Assembly (NCBI GenBank): GCA_964575505.1
Contig: CAZNSK010000001.1
Location: 83,259 to 147,258 of the forward strand
From: an uncultured Phaeodactylibacter sp.
GTDB taxonomy: Bacteria; Bacteroidota; Bacteroidia; Chitinophagales; Saprospiraceae
Direction: 5' to 3'
Length of the DNA stretch: 64,000 nt
Shown here one piece after another: positions 37,529 through 46,377 of this stretch. The notes under the pieces were generated by a model. That model made no database searches and was not told the origin of the DNA. It saw only the letters and a list, made by a program, of their open reading frames with translations. Every line of letters begins with the position of its first letter. Within the stretch, counting starts at the first letter, position 1. The position numbers and the translations under genes are program-made.

Positions 37529-37911
37529 TTATCGTGGACAGTTCTGTTTGGGTCGATTACTTTAATGGTCAAAGCAATACTCAAACGGATAAATTACACG
37601 ATCTGCTTGGGACAGAACCTGTGGGAATCGGGAATATCATCTATGCGGAAGTCCTGCAGGGGTTCAGATCAGATGATGATTTTTTAAAGGCAAAAGATGC
37701 CCTGGATAAGCTAGTCATTTTCAATATGTCGACTAAACCGATAGCACTTCAGTCTGCTGTTAACTTTAGAAGGCTTAGAAAACAAGGGATAACAGTGAGA
37801 AAAACCACTGATATGATAATCGGCACGTTTTGTATCGAAAGCGGCTTCAGGCTGTTGCAGAAAGACAAGGATTTTATACCTCTCGAAAAACTGGGGCTTC
37901 AACTGCTGTAA
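37525..37911 (+). CDS. vapC: PIN-domain toxin VapC
   Basis: 128 aa with MIIVDSSVWVDYFNG..., acidic PIN residues (D5, E in YAEVLQG, D in TTDMIIG) and KDKDF. Confidence 0.88.
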   Translation: MIIVDSSVWVDYFNGQSNTQTDKLHDLLGTEPVGIGNIIYAEVLQGFRSDDDFLKAKDALDKLVIFNMSTKPIALQSAVNFRRLRKQGITVRKTTDMIIGTFCIESGFRLLQKDKDFIPLEKLGLQLL

Positions 37912-38010
37912 GGTAAAGAAGTGCTAGGCATTATCAGACTTGATTTGGCATCAAAAGCAGGTTTATAAGTCGAACGAGTTAGCAGACACAAAATCGGATA
38001 AACAGGAAAC

Positions 38011-41000
38011 ATGTATAAAGAATACAAAAAGCTCAACCTCCCGGAAATCGATCAGGATATCCTCAAATTCTGGGAGGACCATGATATCTTCAATAAAAGT
38101 GTGGAACAGCGCCCGGCTGAAAACAACTTCGTCTTCTACGAGGGGCCTCCTTCAGCCAACGGGAAGCCCGGTATCCACCACGTGATGGCCCGTACCGTTA
38201 AGGACCTCTTCTGCCGTTTCCATAGCATGAAGGGGCAGCGCGTGGAGCGCAAAGGCGGGTGGGATACCCATGGCTTGCCCATTGAGCTGAACGTAGAGAA
38301 GGAACTCGGCATCACTAAAGAAGACATCGGCACTAAAATCACCGTAGAGGAATACAACGCCAAGTGCCGCGAAACGGTGATGCGTTATAAGGATATGTGG
38401 GATAATATCACCCGCAAGATGGGTTATTGGGTAGATCTCGACAATCCCTACATCACCTTCGAAAATGATTACATCGAAACGGTTTGGTGGCTGCTGCAGC
38501 AGTTGTACAATAAGGACATGCTCTACAAAGGCTTCACCATTCAACCCTTCTCCCCGGCTGCCGGTACCGGACTAAGCTCCCACGAGCTGAATATGCCGGG
38601 CACCTATCAGGATATCAAGGATATCTCCGCCATCGCCCAATTCAAAATCAAAGGTACAGAAGACGAATACTTCCTGGCCTGGACTACCACGCCCTGGACG
38701 CTGCCTTCCAATACAGCCCTGGCGGTAGGCAAAAACATAACCTACGTTAAGGTACGCGCCTACAACCGCTACACCGGACAGCCGAGCACCGTGATCCTCG
38801 CCCAAGACCGCCTGGCCAACTACTTCACAGAAGCCAATCCTGACCTTAAACCAGAGGAGGTGAAGGCGGGCAATAAGCCCATCCCGTACCTCGAAATCCT
38901 TGGGGAGGTTAAAGGCAGCGAGCTGGAAGGTATGGAGTACGAGCAGCTGCTGCCGTACGTGCAGCCCGACAAGCCGGCTTTCAAAGTCCTGTTGGGCGAC
39001 TTCGTTTCGACGGAGGATGGCACCGGTATCGTCCATATCGCGCCTACCTTTGGTGCGGATGACTTTCAGGTGGCGGCCAAGTACGGCATCCCACCACTGA
39101 TGGTCAAGGATGAAGGTGGCAATAATATGCCTCTCGTGGACAGGCAGGGCCGCTTTGTGCAAGAAGTGGCCGATTTCGCCGGCCGCTACGTCAAAGACTA
39201 TGGGCAGGAGGAAGAGCGACCGGTGGATGCCGATATCGTCATCAAGCTCAAGAAAGAGAACAAGCTTTTTCATTCCGAGAAGTACCTGCACTCCTACCCA
39301 CACTGCTGGCGTACGGACCGCCCCGTACTTTACTACCCGCTCGACAGTTGGTTTGTGAAAGCTACCGCAGCCAAGGAGCGCATGTACGAGCTCAACAAAA
39401 CCATCAACTGGAAGCCTGCCTCTACCGGTGAGAACCGTTTCGGCAAGTGGCTGGAGAACCTGCAGGATTGGAACCTCTCCCGCTCCCGCTACTGGGGCAT
39501 CCCCCTCCCGATCTGGCGCACCGAAGATGCGAAAGAAGAAAAGTGCATCGGCTCTATCGAGGAGCTGCGCAGTGAGATAGAGAAAGCCAATAAGGCATTA
39601 GGGCGCAACCAGGAAACACCGGAAGACCTGCACCGCCCCTACATCGACGAAGTCGTGCTGGTATCAGAAAACGGGAAGGAAATGCGCCGGGAGCCAGACC
39701 TCATTGACGTGTGGTTTGACTCCGGTTCTATGCCCTACGCGCAGTGGCATTATCCCTTTGAGAACAAGGAATTGTTTGAGCGCAAGTTCCCGGCCAACTT
39801 CATCGCAGAGGGCGTTGACCAAACCCGGGGCTGGTTCTATACCCTGCACGCTATTGCTACCATGGTCTTCGACAGTGTGGCCTATAAAAATGTAGTCTCC
39901 AACGGATTAGTCCTCGACGCGGATGGCAACAAAATGTCCAAAAGTAAAGGCAATGTTGTAGACCCCTTCGGCGCAATTGAGCAGTACGGTGCCGATGCCG
40001 TACGCTGGTACATGATGGCCAATGCCAACCCCTGGGACAACCTCAAGTTTTCTCTCGATGGAGTAGGGGAGGTGCAGCGGAAGTTCTTCGGCACCCTCTA
40101 CAATACCTATTCGTTCTTTGCGCTTTACGCGAATATCGATCAGTTTGACAATAGTAAGCCGCAGCTGCCACTAGCTGACCGTCAGGAAATCGACCGCTGG
40201 ATCATCAGCCTGCTCAATAGCCTGGTGAAAGAGGTGGACGAGGACTACAGTAATTACGAGCCCACTCAAGCAGCCCGGAAGATTCAGACATTTGTGGTAG
40301 ACAATCTGAGCAACTGGTACGTCCGCCTGTGCCGCCGCCGGTTCTGGAAGCCGTCGCAGCAGCAGAACGGCAAAGCCGCAGAGATGGATGCTGATAAACT
40401 CGCGGCTTATCAGACCCTCTACGAATGTCTGGTGACGGTCTCGAAACTGCTATCGCCCATCTCGCCTTTCTTCGGTGACTGGCTGTACCGCAACCTCAAT
40501 CAGGCCACTCAGCTGGAAAATCATGAGTCGGTACATTTGGCGGATTTCCCGACTGCCGATATGTCCAAAATCGACAAAGCCCTGGAGGAGCGCATGGACT
40601 ACGCGCAGCGGATTTCTTCCCTGACTTTCGCTTTGCGCAAAAAAGAAGACCTCCGGGTACGGCAGCCCCTGCAAAAAATCATGCTGCCGGTACTGGATAA
40701 GTCTTTCCAGGAGCAAGTCGACAAAGTTAAGCCGCTCATCGCCGGAGAGGTAAATGTCAAGGATATCGAGTACCTGGACGATACTTCAGGTGTCCTGAAA
40801 AAGCGCATCAAGCCGAACTTCAAAACCCTCGGCCGCCGCCTGGGCAAAGACATGAAAGTGGCTGCGCAGGAGATCAACAGCATGTCACAGGAGGATATCG
40901 CCAACATCGAGCAGACCGGCAAGTACACGCTGGCAGCGAACGGCAATACCTACGAGCTGACGCTGGAGGATTTCGAAATCACAGCCGAGGACATCCCCGG

Positions 41001-41322
41001 GCTGCTCGTCGCCAACGATGGGCCGCTGACGGTTGCCCTGGACATCACGCTGACACCCGAGCTAGAAGCAGAAGGCATGGCCCGTGATATCGTCAACCGC
41101 ATTCAGAACATCCGTAAGGACAGCGGCTTCGAGGTGACTGATAAGATAAAGGTCGTCATGGAGCAAGCCGATGCCGTAGCCTCTGCCGTAACGCAATTTG
41201 GAGACTACATCAAAGCCGAAACCCTGACGGCAGACCTGCAACTGTCAGCCGATGTGGCCGATGGACAGGAAATCGAGTTGCCGGGAGAGGTGAAAGTGCA
41301 GATTCAGGTGGAGAAGGCCTAA
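38011..41322 (+). CDS. ileS: Isoleucine--tRNA ligase
   Basis: 1103 aa with a class I HIGH-like PSANGKPGIHHVMAR and KMSKSKGN. WTTTPWTLPSNTAL marks the editing domain. Confidence 0.96.
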   Translation: MYKEYKKLNLPEIDQDILKFWEDHDIFNKSVEQRPAENNFVFYEGPPSANGKPGIHHVMARTVKDLFCRFHSMKGQRVERKGGWDTHGLPIELNVEKELGITKEDIGTKITVEEYNAKCRETVMRYKDMWDNITRKMGYWVDLDNPYITFENDYIETVWWLLQQLYNKDMLYKGFTIQPFSPAAGTGLSSHELNMPGTYQDIKDISAIAQFKIKGTEDEYFLAWTTTPWTLPSNTALAVGKNITYVKVRAYNRYTGQPSTVILAQDRLANYFTEANPDLKPEEVKAGNKPIPYLEILGEVKGSELEGMEYEQLLPYVQPDKPAFKVLLGDFVSTEDGTGIVHIAPTFGADDFQVAAKYGIPPLMVKDEGGNNMPLVDRQGRFVQEVADFAGRYVKDYGQEEERPVDADIVIKLKKENKLFHSEKYLHSYPHCWRTDRPVLYYPLDSWFVKATAAKERMYELNKTINWKPASTGENRFGKWLENLQDWNLSRSRYWGIPLPIWRTEDAKEEKCIGSIEELRSEIEKANKALGRNQETPEDLHRPYIDEVVLVSENGKEMRREPDLIDVWFDSGSMPYAQWHYPFENKELFERKFPANFIAEGVDQTRGWFYTLHAIATMVFDSVAYKNVVSNGLVLDADGNKMSKSKGNVVDPFGAIEQYGADAVRWYMMANANPWDNLKFSLDGVGEVQRKFFGTLYNTYSFFALYANIDQFDNSKPQLPLADRQEIDRWIISLLNSLVKEVDEDYSNYEPTQAARKIQTFVVDNLSNWYVRLCRRRFWKPSQQQNGKAAEMDADKLAAYQTLYECLVTVSKLLSPISPFFGDWLYRNLNQATQLENHESVHLADFPTADMSKIDKALEERMDYAQRISSLTFALRKKEDLRVRQPLQKIMLPVLDKSFQEQVDKVKPLIAGEVNVKDIEYLDDTSGVLKKRIKPNFKTLGRRLGKDMKVAAQEINSMSQEDIANIEQTGKYTLAANGNTYELTLEDFEITAEDIPGLLVANDGPLTVALDITLTPELEAEGMARDIVNRIQNIRKDSGFEVTDKIKVVMEQADAVASAVTQFGDYIKAETLTADLQLSADVADGQEIELPGEVKVQIQVEKA

Positions 41323-41351
41323 GCCAGGTTATTCTAAAACTTAGCTAGAGT

Positions 41352-41394
41352 ATGGTGGCGCCCTGAAATGGATCAAGGTGCCACCATTTTTTTT
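41352..41394 (+). terminator. Rho-independent terminator of ileS
   Basis: ATGGTGGC (41352-59) pairs with GCCACCAT (41380-87), followed by TTTTTTTT. Confidence 0.7.
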
Positions 41395-41407
41395 GAATGC
41401 GCCTCCT

Positions 41408-41614
41408 TCACTCCCAATCCTCCTCTTCCAGCTCGAAAAGGGCATTGACAGGCAAGTTGAAAATTGCAGACAAGCGCAGCGCAAGTACCGTCGAGGGGAC
41501 ATACTTTCCCGATTCGATGGCATTGATCGTTTGCCGGCTTACTTTTGCCTTCTCCGCTAAGGCAGCCTGTGTTAGATTATGCCGGGCCCGTTCTATTTTT
41601 AGCTTATTCTTCAT
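41408..41614 (-). CDS. XRE/Cro-type helix-turn-helix transcriptional regulator (YozG-like)
   Basis: 68 aa: MKNKLKIERARHNLTQAALAEKAKVSRQTINAIESGKYVPSTVLALRLSAIFNLPVNALF. Confidence 0.88.
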   Translation of the reverse strand: MKNKLKIERARHNLTQAALAEKAKVSRQTINAIESGKYVPSTVLALRLSAIFNLPVNALFELEEEDWE

Positions 41615-42095
41615 AGGTCATCTCTTTTTCGGCACGGTGCATCATCCAGTGAAAACGGACTATAAAGAATAATAGTAACGAAAACATATTGACCACGATG
41701 ACCCAGAAAAACGGGAAGCCGTAAATGAAAATAATTGCGAAAATAAGAACACTGTAATTGGCATACGTCGCCCATACCAGGGATTCTAAACGGATCCGCT
41801 GCACAAACTCATCTTCCTGCGCAGACCCGGAAAAAGCAACTATACCAGCACTGAAAATGATTAAGAGGCTTACCAGCTCATCATAAACATTGTTTTCCAT
41901 CCAGACAAAAAATTTTCTTCCACCGTCAAGGATTCCTATCCCCTCTTCAGTTGCAAGGCAAAACACTTTCCAGTCCAAAAAAGAAGGAGTCGGCTCCCAG
42001 ATCAGATAAGCAATGCCCAATACCAGCGAAGGGATTAGAAGTGCCCAGCCAATTCGCTTGAATCGGTGAGGCAGTAAAAAGTTGTTGGTCCACAT
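41604..42095 (-). CDS. Small 4-TM membrane protein co-transcribed with the XRE regulator (possibly DUF2975-like)
   Basis: 163 aa with four hydrophobic helices. Its 3' end overlaps the regulator gene by 11 nt. Confidence 0.6.
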   Translation of the reverse strand: MWTNNFLLPHRFKRIGWALLIPSLVLGIAYLIWEPTPSFLDWKVFCLATEEGIGILDGGRKFFVWMENNVYDELVSLLIIFSAGIVAFSGSAQEDEFVQRIRLESLVWATYANYSVLIFAIIFIYGFPFFWVIVVNMFSLLLFFIVRFHWMMHRAEKEMTYEE

Positions 42096-42212
42096 AGTTT
42101 TTTACCTCAATGTAAATTTAATTTTACTTTAAGTCAAGTAAACTTTACAAAAAGCATGCTTTTCTTTACTAACTAGGTGTTTTTTTGGATTAGTGTTTCC
42201 TTTACACGAAGC

Positions 42213-42243
42213 TTGCCATACTGCCCGCAGTTTGTTACATTTG
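42213..42243 (+). promoter_or_regulatory. Candidate promoter TTG-N20-TACATTTG ending 5 nt before the gpmI ATG
   Basis: cTTGcc lies at 42213-15 and TACATTTG at 42236-43; the ATG is at 42249. Confidence 0.3.
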
Positions 42244-42248
42244 TTGAT

Positions 42249-43778
42249 ATGAAGACAACACGTGCATTACTCGTCATCCTCGATGGTTGGGGCCACGGCC
42301 CAAACCCCAAAGTCAGTGCCATTGCGCAAGGCAATACGCCATTTGTTGACAGCCTGTACGACCAGTATCCTAATGCGGAGTTGACTACTTTTGGCGAAGC
42401 CGTCGGATTACCGGAAGGCCAAATGGGCAATTCTGAGGTTGGGCACCTGAATATTGGAGCTGGCCGCGTCGTTTACCAGGAACTGGCGCGCATCAACAAA
42501 GCTATCCGTGATGGGGAGCTGCAAAAGAATGAAGCACTGGTGGAAGCCATGCAGTATGCCAAAGACAACGGCAAAGCGTTTCACCTCATGGGGTTGGTTT
42601 CTGATGGTGGCGTGCACGCTCATCACCGGCATTTGATGGCCCTCTGTGATGCAGCCGCTGAGTTTGGGCTGGAGAAGATTTACATCCATGCTTTCACCGA
42701 CGGGCGGGATACCGACCCCAAGAGCGGCAAAGGGTTTTTAAAGGAGGTATTGGACCATGTTCAGGGTAAGCCGGTAGAACTGGCTACCATTACGGGCCGC
42801 TACTACGCCATGGACCGCGACAAGCGTTGGGAACGCACCCGGGTAGCTTACGATGCGTTGGTTAGCGGCGAGGGAGAAGCTACAACGGATGCCTTGACTA
42901 CCATTCAGGAACGTTATGATAAAGGAGAGACGGACGAATTCCTGAAACCCATTATCTGCACCCATTCGGAAGGGCAGCCCGTAGCCAGAATTCAGGAAGA
43001 AGATGCGGTAGTCTTCTTCAATTTCCGCACCGACCGCCCCCGGCAGCTTACCATTGCCCTAACCCAGGAGGACCTAAGTGGCCAAGGTATGCAAACCCTC
43101 CCGCTCCACTATGTAACCATGACCCGGTACGATGATACCTACAAGGGCGTAAACGTGATGCTGCATAAAAAAGATATAGAAAATACACTGGGCGAAATTC
43201 TATCTAAAGCTGGCCTCCGGCAGACCCGGATTGCCGAAACGGAAAAATACCCTCATGTCACTTTCTTTTTCAATGGCGGCCGGGAGAAGGAATTTGAAGG
43301 CGAAAACCGGATTCTAATCCCTTCGCCTAAGGTAGCTACTTACGACCTGAAGCCCGAAATGAGCGCACTGGAAGTGACCGATGCCATTATCGCTGACATC
43401 GATGACAACCAACCGGATTTTATCTGCCTCAATTATGCCAATGCCGATATGGTAGGCCATACCGGGGACTTTCAGGCCGCTGTAAAGGCAGTTGAAACTG
43501 TAGACGGCTGCCTTAAACGGCTCATCGAGAAAGCGCTGGCGCATAATTACGAAGCCATTGTGATTGCCGATCATGGCAATTCTGATTATATGGTCAACGA
43601 TGACGGTTCTCCCCATACTGCCCATACCACCAATCCGGTACCGGTTTTTTATATAGCGGCTGATACTCATGGGCGGAAGGTGAAAGATGGAAAGCTGGGC
43701 GATATTGCGCCCACGATCCTGAAGATACTCGATAGGGAAACGCCGAAAGACATGGACGGCGATTGCCTGTTTGTTTGA
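42249..43778 (+). CDS. gpmI: 2,3-bisphosphoglycerate-independent phosphoglycerate mutase
   Basis: Start placed at ATG 42249 (MKTTRALLVILDGWGHG...). Also carries GNSEVGHLNIGAGR, SDGGVHAH and ADHGNSD. Confidence 0.95.
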   Translation: MKTTRALLVILDGWGHGPNPKVSAIAQGNTPFVDSLYDQYPNAELTTFGEAVGLPEGQMGNSEVGHLNIGAGRVVYQELARINKAIRDGELQKNEALVEAMQYAKDNGKAFHLMGLVSDGGVHAHHRHLMALCDAAAEFGLEKIYIHAFTDGRDTDPKSGKGFLKEVLDHVQGKPVELATITGRYYAMDRDKRWERTRVAYDALVSGEGEATTDALTTIQERYDKGETDEFLKPIICTHSEGQPVARIQEEDAVVFFNFRTDRPRQLTIALTQEDLSGQGMQTLPLHYVTMTRYDDTYKGVNVMLHKKDIENTLGEILSKAGLRQTRIAETEKYPHVTFFFNGGREKEFEGENRILIPSPKVATYDLKPEMSALEVTDAIIADIDDNQPDFICLNYANADMVGHTGDFQAAVKAVETVDGCLKRLIEKALAHNYEAIVIADHGNSDYMVNDDGSPHTAHTTNPVPVFYIAADTHGRKVKDGKLGDIAPTILKILDRETPKDMDGDCLFV

Positions 43779-43805
43779 GGAGCGCTATGATGGCTACAAA
43801 AAAGA

Positions 43806-43839
43806 GAAAGGCGCACCGGACCAATCCGGTGCGCCTTTC
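43806..43839. terminator. Bidirectional terminator between convergent gpmI and rpoD
   Basis: GAAAGGCGCACCGGA-CCAA-TCCGGTGCGCCTTTC is a 15-bp perfect palindromic stem, with an A-run upstream and a T-rich run downstream. Confidence 0.75.
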
Positions 43840-43864
43840 TTATAGGTACTAAGTCTATTATAAA

Positions 43865-44734
43865 TTATGCGCCAAGGTAAGACTTCAGCAATTTGCTGCG
43901 GTTTGCGGACCGAAGCTTATTGATAGCTTTATCCTTGATTTGGCGTACACGTTCACGAGTAAGCCCGAACTTCTCGCCGATATCCTCCAAAGACATCGGG
44001 TGCTCCACACCAATCCCGAAGTACAGCTTAATGACATCACACTGCCGTTCGGTAAGGGTGCTCAGAGAGCGCTCGATCTCACGGCGGAGGGACTCTTTGT
44101 AATCCAGCTGGGAATCGGTATTAGGGGTACTGCTGTTTTCCAATACATCGAGGAGGGAATTATCTTCTCCTTCCACGAAGGGGGCATCCATAGAAACATG
44201 GCGGGCAGCAACTCCAAGGGTAGTCTCTACTTCCTCGGTTGCGATCTCCAGCGTGTCGGCCAGTTCATCGGCGGAAGGTTCGCGCTCGTACTCTTGTTCC
44301 AGCTCGGAAAACGCTTTATTGATCTTATTAAGAGAACCTACTTTATTTAAAGGAAGGCGGACGATTCTGGACTGTTCTGCCAGCGCCTGCAAAATCGATT
44401 GCCGGATCCACCAAACGGCGTAGGAGATGAATTTGAAACCGCGAGTCTCATCAAAGCGCTGTGCTGCTTTGATCAGCCCTAGGTTACCTTCATTAATAAG
44501 GTCACTCAGGGAGAGACCTTGATTCTGATACTGCTTGGCTACAGAAACAACGAAACGCAGGTTCGCCTTGGTCAGCTTTTCTAGAGCGGCCTGGTCGCCT
44601 TGCTTAATCCGTTTGGCAAGGTCTACCTCTTCCTCTGGAGTCAGCAAGTCTACTTTGCCGATCTCCTGAAGGTATTTTTCAAGAGATTGGCTTTCACGAT
44701 TAGTAATAGACTTAGTAATCTTAAGCTGTCTCAT
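43865..44734 (-). CDS. rpoD: Primary RNA polymerase sigma factor (short Bacteroidota sigma-A type)
   Basis: 289 aa carrying region 2 ([34 protein letters not shown]) and region 4 ([28 protein letters not shown]). No region 1.1 is present. Confidence 0.93.
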   Translation of the reverse strand: MRQLKITKSITNRESQSLEKYLQEIGKVDLLTPEEEVDLAKRIKQGDQAALEKLTKANLRFVVSVAKQYQNQGLSLSDLINEGNLGLIKAAQRFDETRGFKFISYAVWWIRQSILQALAEQSRIVRLPLNKVGSLNKINKAFSELEQEYEREPSADELADTLEIATEEVETTLGVAARHVSMDAPFVEGEDNSLLDVLENSSTPNTDSQLDYKESLRREIERSLSTLTERQCDVIKLYFGIGVEHPMSLEDIGEKFGLTRERVRQIKDKAINKLRSANRSKLLKSYLGA

Positions 44735-44759
44735 GTACGCTAAATTTAATTAAAGTTAA

Positions 44760-44767
44760 CAAAGGTA
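44760..44767 (-). promoter_or_regulatory. Candidate -7 box TACCTTTG upstream of rpoD
   Basis: The minus strand reads TACCTTTG, ending 25 nt before ATG 44734. Confidence 0.35.
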
Positions 44768-45300
44768 ATCGTCGAAACTATGCAGCAGTAGGGATATGGT
44801 GGGAATTTAAGTGACCTGGCAAGTGTTGATTCGGGAAATGTGTTGTTTATAATTGACTGCATAGTTCAGTTTGCCCTGCTTTACAATTGCCTGGTAATTT
44901 ATAGCTTACAGCCTACGAAAATAAGGCTTTTCTGCCTTGATGTCAATAGCTGGTTAATAATCACTTAACTTACACCCAAGCAACGCTCCGAGCTTCCATA
45001 TAGTTTCCCAAAATGGAAAAACCTGCGAATTGGTACTATTATTTGGAGCAAGCCCCATGCGTAAACACGCTGTTCGGGCAGTTAGGGGGTCTGCCTTATA
45101 TGGTATGGCAGGCAAGCAGCTCAGGAGCGCTTTTAATTTTTTGGAAAAATCATTTTTTTATTCTTTATTGTGGGCCAGCCCGGAGGAGTATTGGATTTGC
45201 CGGTTCATTTTGCACCTTATTTTACCGCCGTAACTGTAACCTCAATTTTGCCACCCTCCTTGCTTCTTTTGCCTCATCCAACAACTCACACTGCATCACA

Positions 45301-45678
45301 ATGGAAAGAGTGAAGTTTACCATAGAGTTCTTATTCAAAGCCTCCCCGGCTATCGTCTACAAGTTTTTCACGACTCCCTCTTGCTTAGTGCGTTGGTTCT
45401 GCGACGAAGTCGACATACAGGGTGATACCTACACCTTCTATTGGAGTGGCTCCGCAGAGGAAGCAGATTTAATCGAAGATGTCGAGGAGGAAAAACTGCG
45501 CTTCCACTGGCACGATTCTGAAGATGGGGAATACCTGGATTTCGAAATCTCCAAATCCCCTGTGACCGGAGAAACAATTCTCCTGATCACCGATTTCTGC
45601 GATGATGATGAGGTAGACGATCAGAAGCAGCTATGGCATAGCCAAATGGAGGACCTCCGCAAGGAAATGGGGGGCTAG
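45301..45678 (+). CDS. START/SRPBCC-like (AHSA1-type) small protein
   Basis: 125 aa from ATG 45301: MERVKFTIEFLFKASPAIVYKFFTTPSCLVRWFCDEVDIQGDTYTFYW... The upstream 96 codons of tracked ORF 45013..45678 look non-coding. Confidence 0.7.
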   Translation: MERVKFTIEFLFKASPAIVYKFFTTPSCLVRWFCDEVDIQGDTYTFYWSGSAEEADLIEDVEEEKLRFHWHDSEDGEYLDFEISKSPVTGETILLITDFCDDDEVDDQKQLWHSQMEDLRKEMGG

Positions 45679-45763
45679 AGTATTCAACGCAGCAGACTAC
45701 TAAGGTGAAATAGTGGCAGGAGGGCGCCCCGCCCCAGCGAGCAAAACCTCCCGTCACCCCCGC

Positions 45764-46183
45764 TTAGCCTTCTTCAGTGGCTTCAGCCTCTTCGGGCTTC
45801 CTGAGCCAGGCAAAAAGGATCAATATAATACCGGTAACGACCAATAGCCCCGCCAGGAAATGGAAAAAGCCGCCCAATGGGTTAGAAAAAGAAATAATGC
45901 CCAGTACCAAGCCGCCCACCAGGCAAACCCCTCCAATAATGAAGGTCAGGGTGCGCCGGGCTATTGACCGTTCCTTCGACTGCCATTTTTCCAGTCGCTT
46001 CGCCCATCTTTCCATCCGCCGTTCCATCCTTTTTTGGCGGCGCTCCATCCGCCGTTCTTTTCGCATCTCCTTTTTGGACAGCACAGCACTGCTTTCGGCA
46101 TCGGCCGCCACAGCAGCTTCGCCCGGTGTAGCCAGGGTGAATAATAAAACAAGGGTCACGAAGGGCAGCAATCGGTAAATCAT
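45764..46183 (-). CDS. Hypothetical membrane protein with signal peptide, RMERR-repeat basic segment and two C-terminal TM helices
   Basis: 139 aa: MIYRLLPFVTLVLLFTLATPGEA...KKEMRKERRMERRQKRMERRMERWAKRLEKW...TFIIGGVCLVGGLVLGII...LAGLLVVTGIILILFAW. Confidence 0.55.
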   Translation of the reverse strand: MIYRLLPFVTLVLLFTLATPGEAAVAADAESSAVLSKKEMRKERRMERRQKRMERRMERWAKRLEKWQSKERSIARRTLTFIIGGVCLVGGLVLGIISFSNPLGGFFHFLAGLLVVTGIILILFAWLRKPEEAEATEEG

Positions 46184-46377
46184 AGTGGTTTCTTGTGTTT
46201 AGAATACAGCAATAAGGAGGGGGCACGGAGGGAGATCAACAATTGAGGGTCAAAATAAGAAAAAAATGGGAAGAATGCGCCCTGGGGTTGGCAACAGATT
46301 AATTACCTTTATTTCACACAGCAGCAAGCAAGCCGTTTTTATTCGCGGCACCTTTTTTACCGCTCAAATTGCTAACA

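Noticed and set aside
38136-40946. Multiple antisense or alternative-frame ORFs inside ileS (e.g. 38572..39303, 243 aa)
   Set aside because: These are shadow ORFs of a highly conserved 1103-aa synthetase gene.
45013-45300. 96-codon N-terminal extension of the START-like gene (tracked ORF 45013..45678)
   Set aside because: The extension is Phe/Leu/Cys-rich with no domain. The START-like fold begins exactly at MERVKFTIEF (ATG 45301). The upstream part is probably the shared promoter region with the divergent rpoD.
45777-46226. Three overlapping ORFs opposite or alongside the RMERR membrane protein gene
   Set aside because: They are artefacts of the repeat-rich, GC-rich sequence. Only the minus-frame product has a signal peptide plus TM helices.
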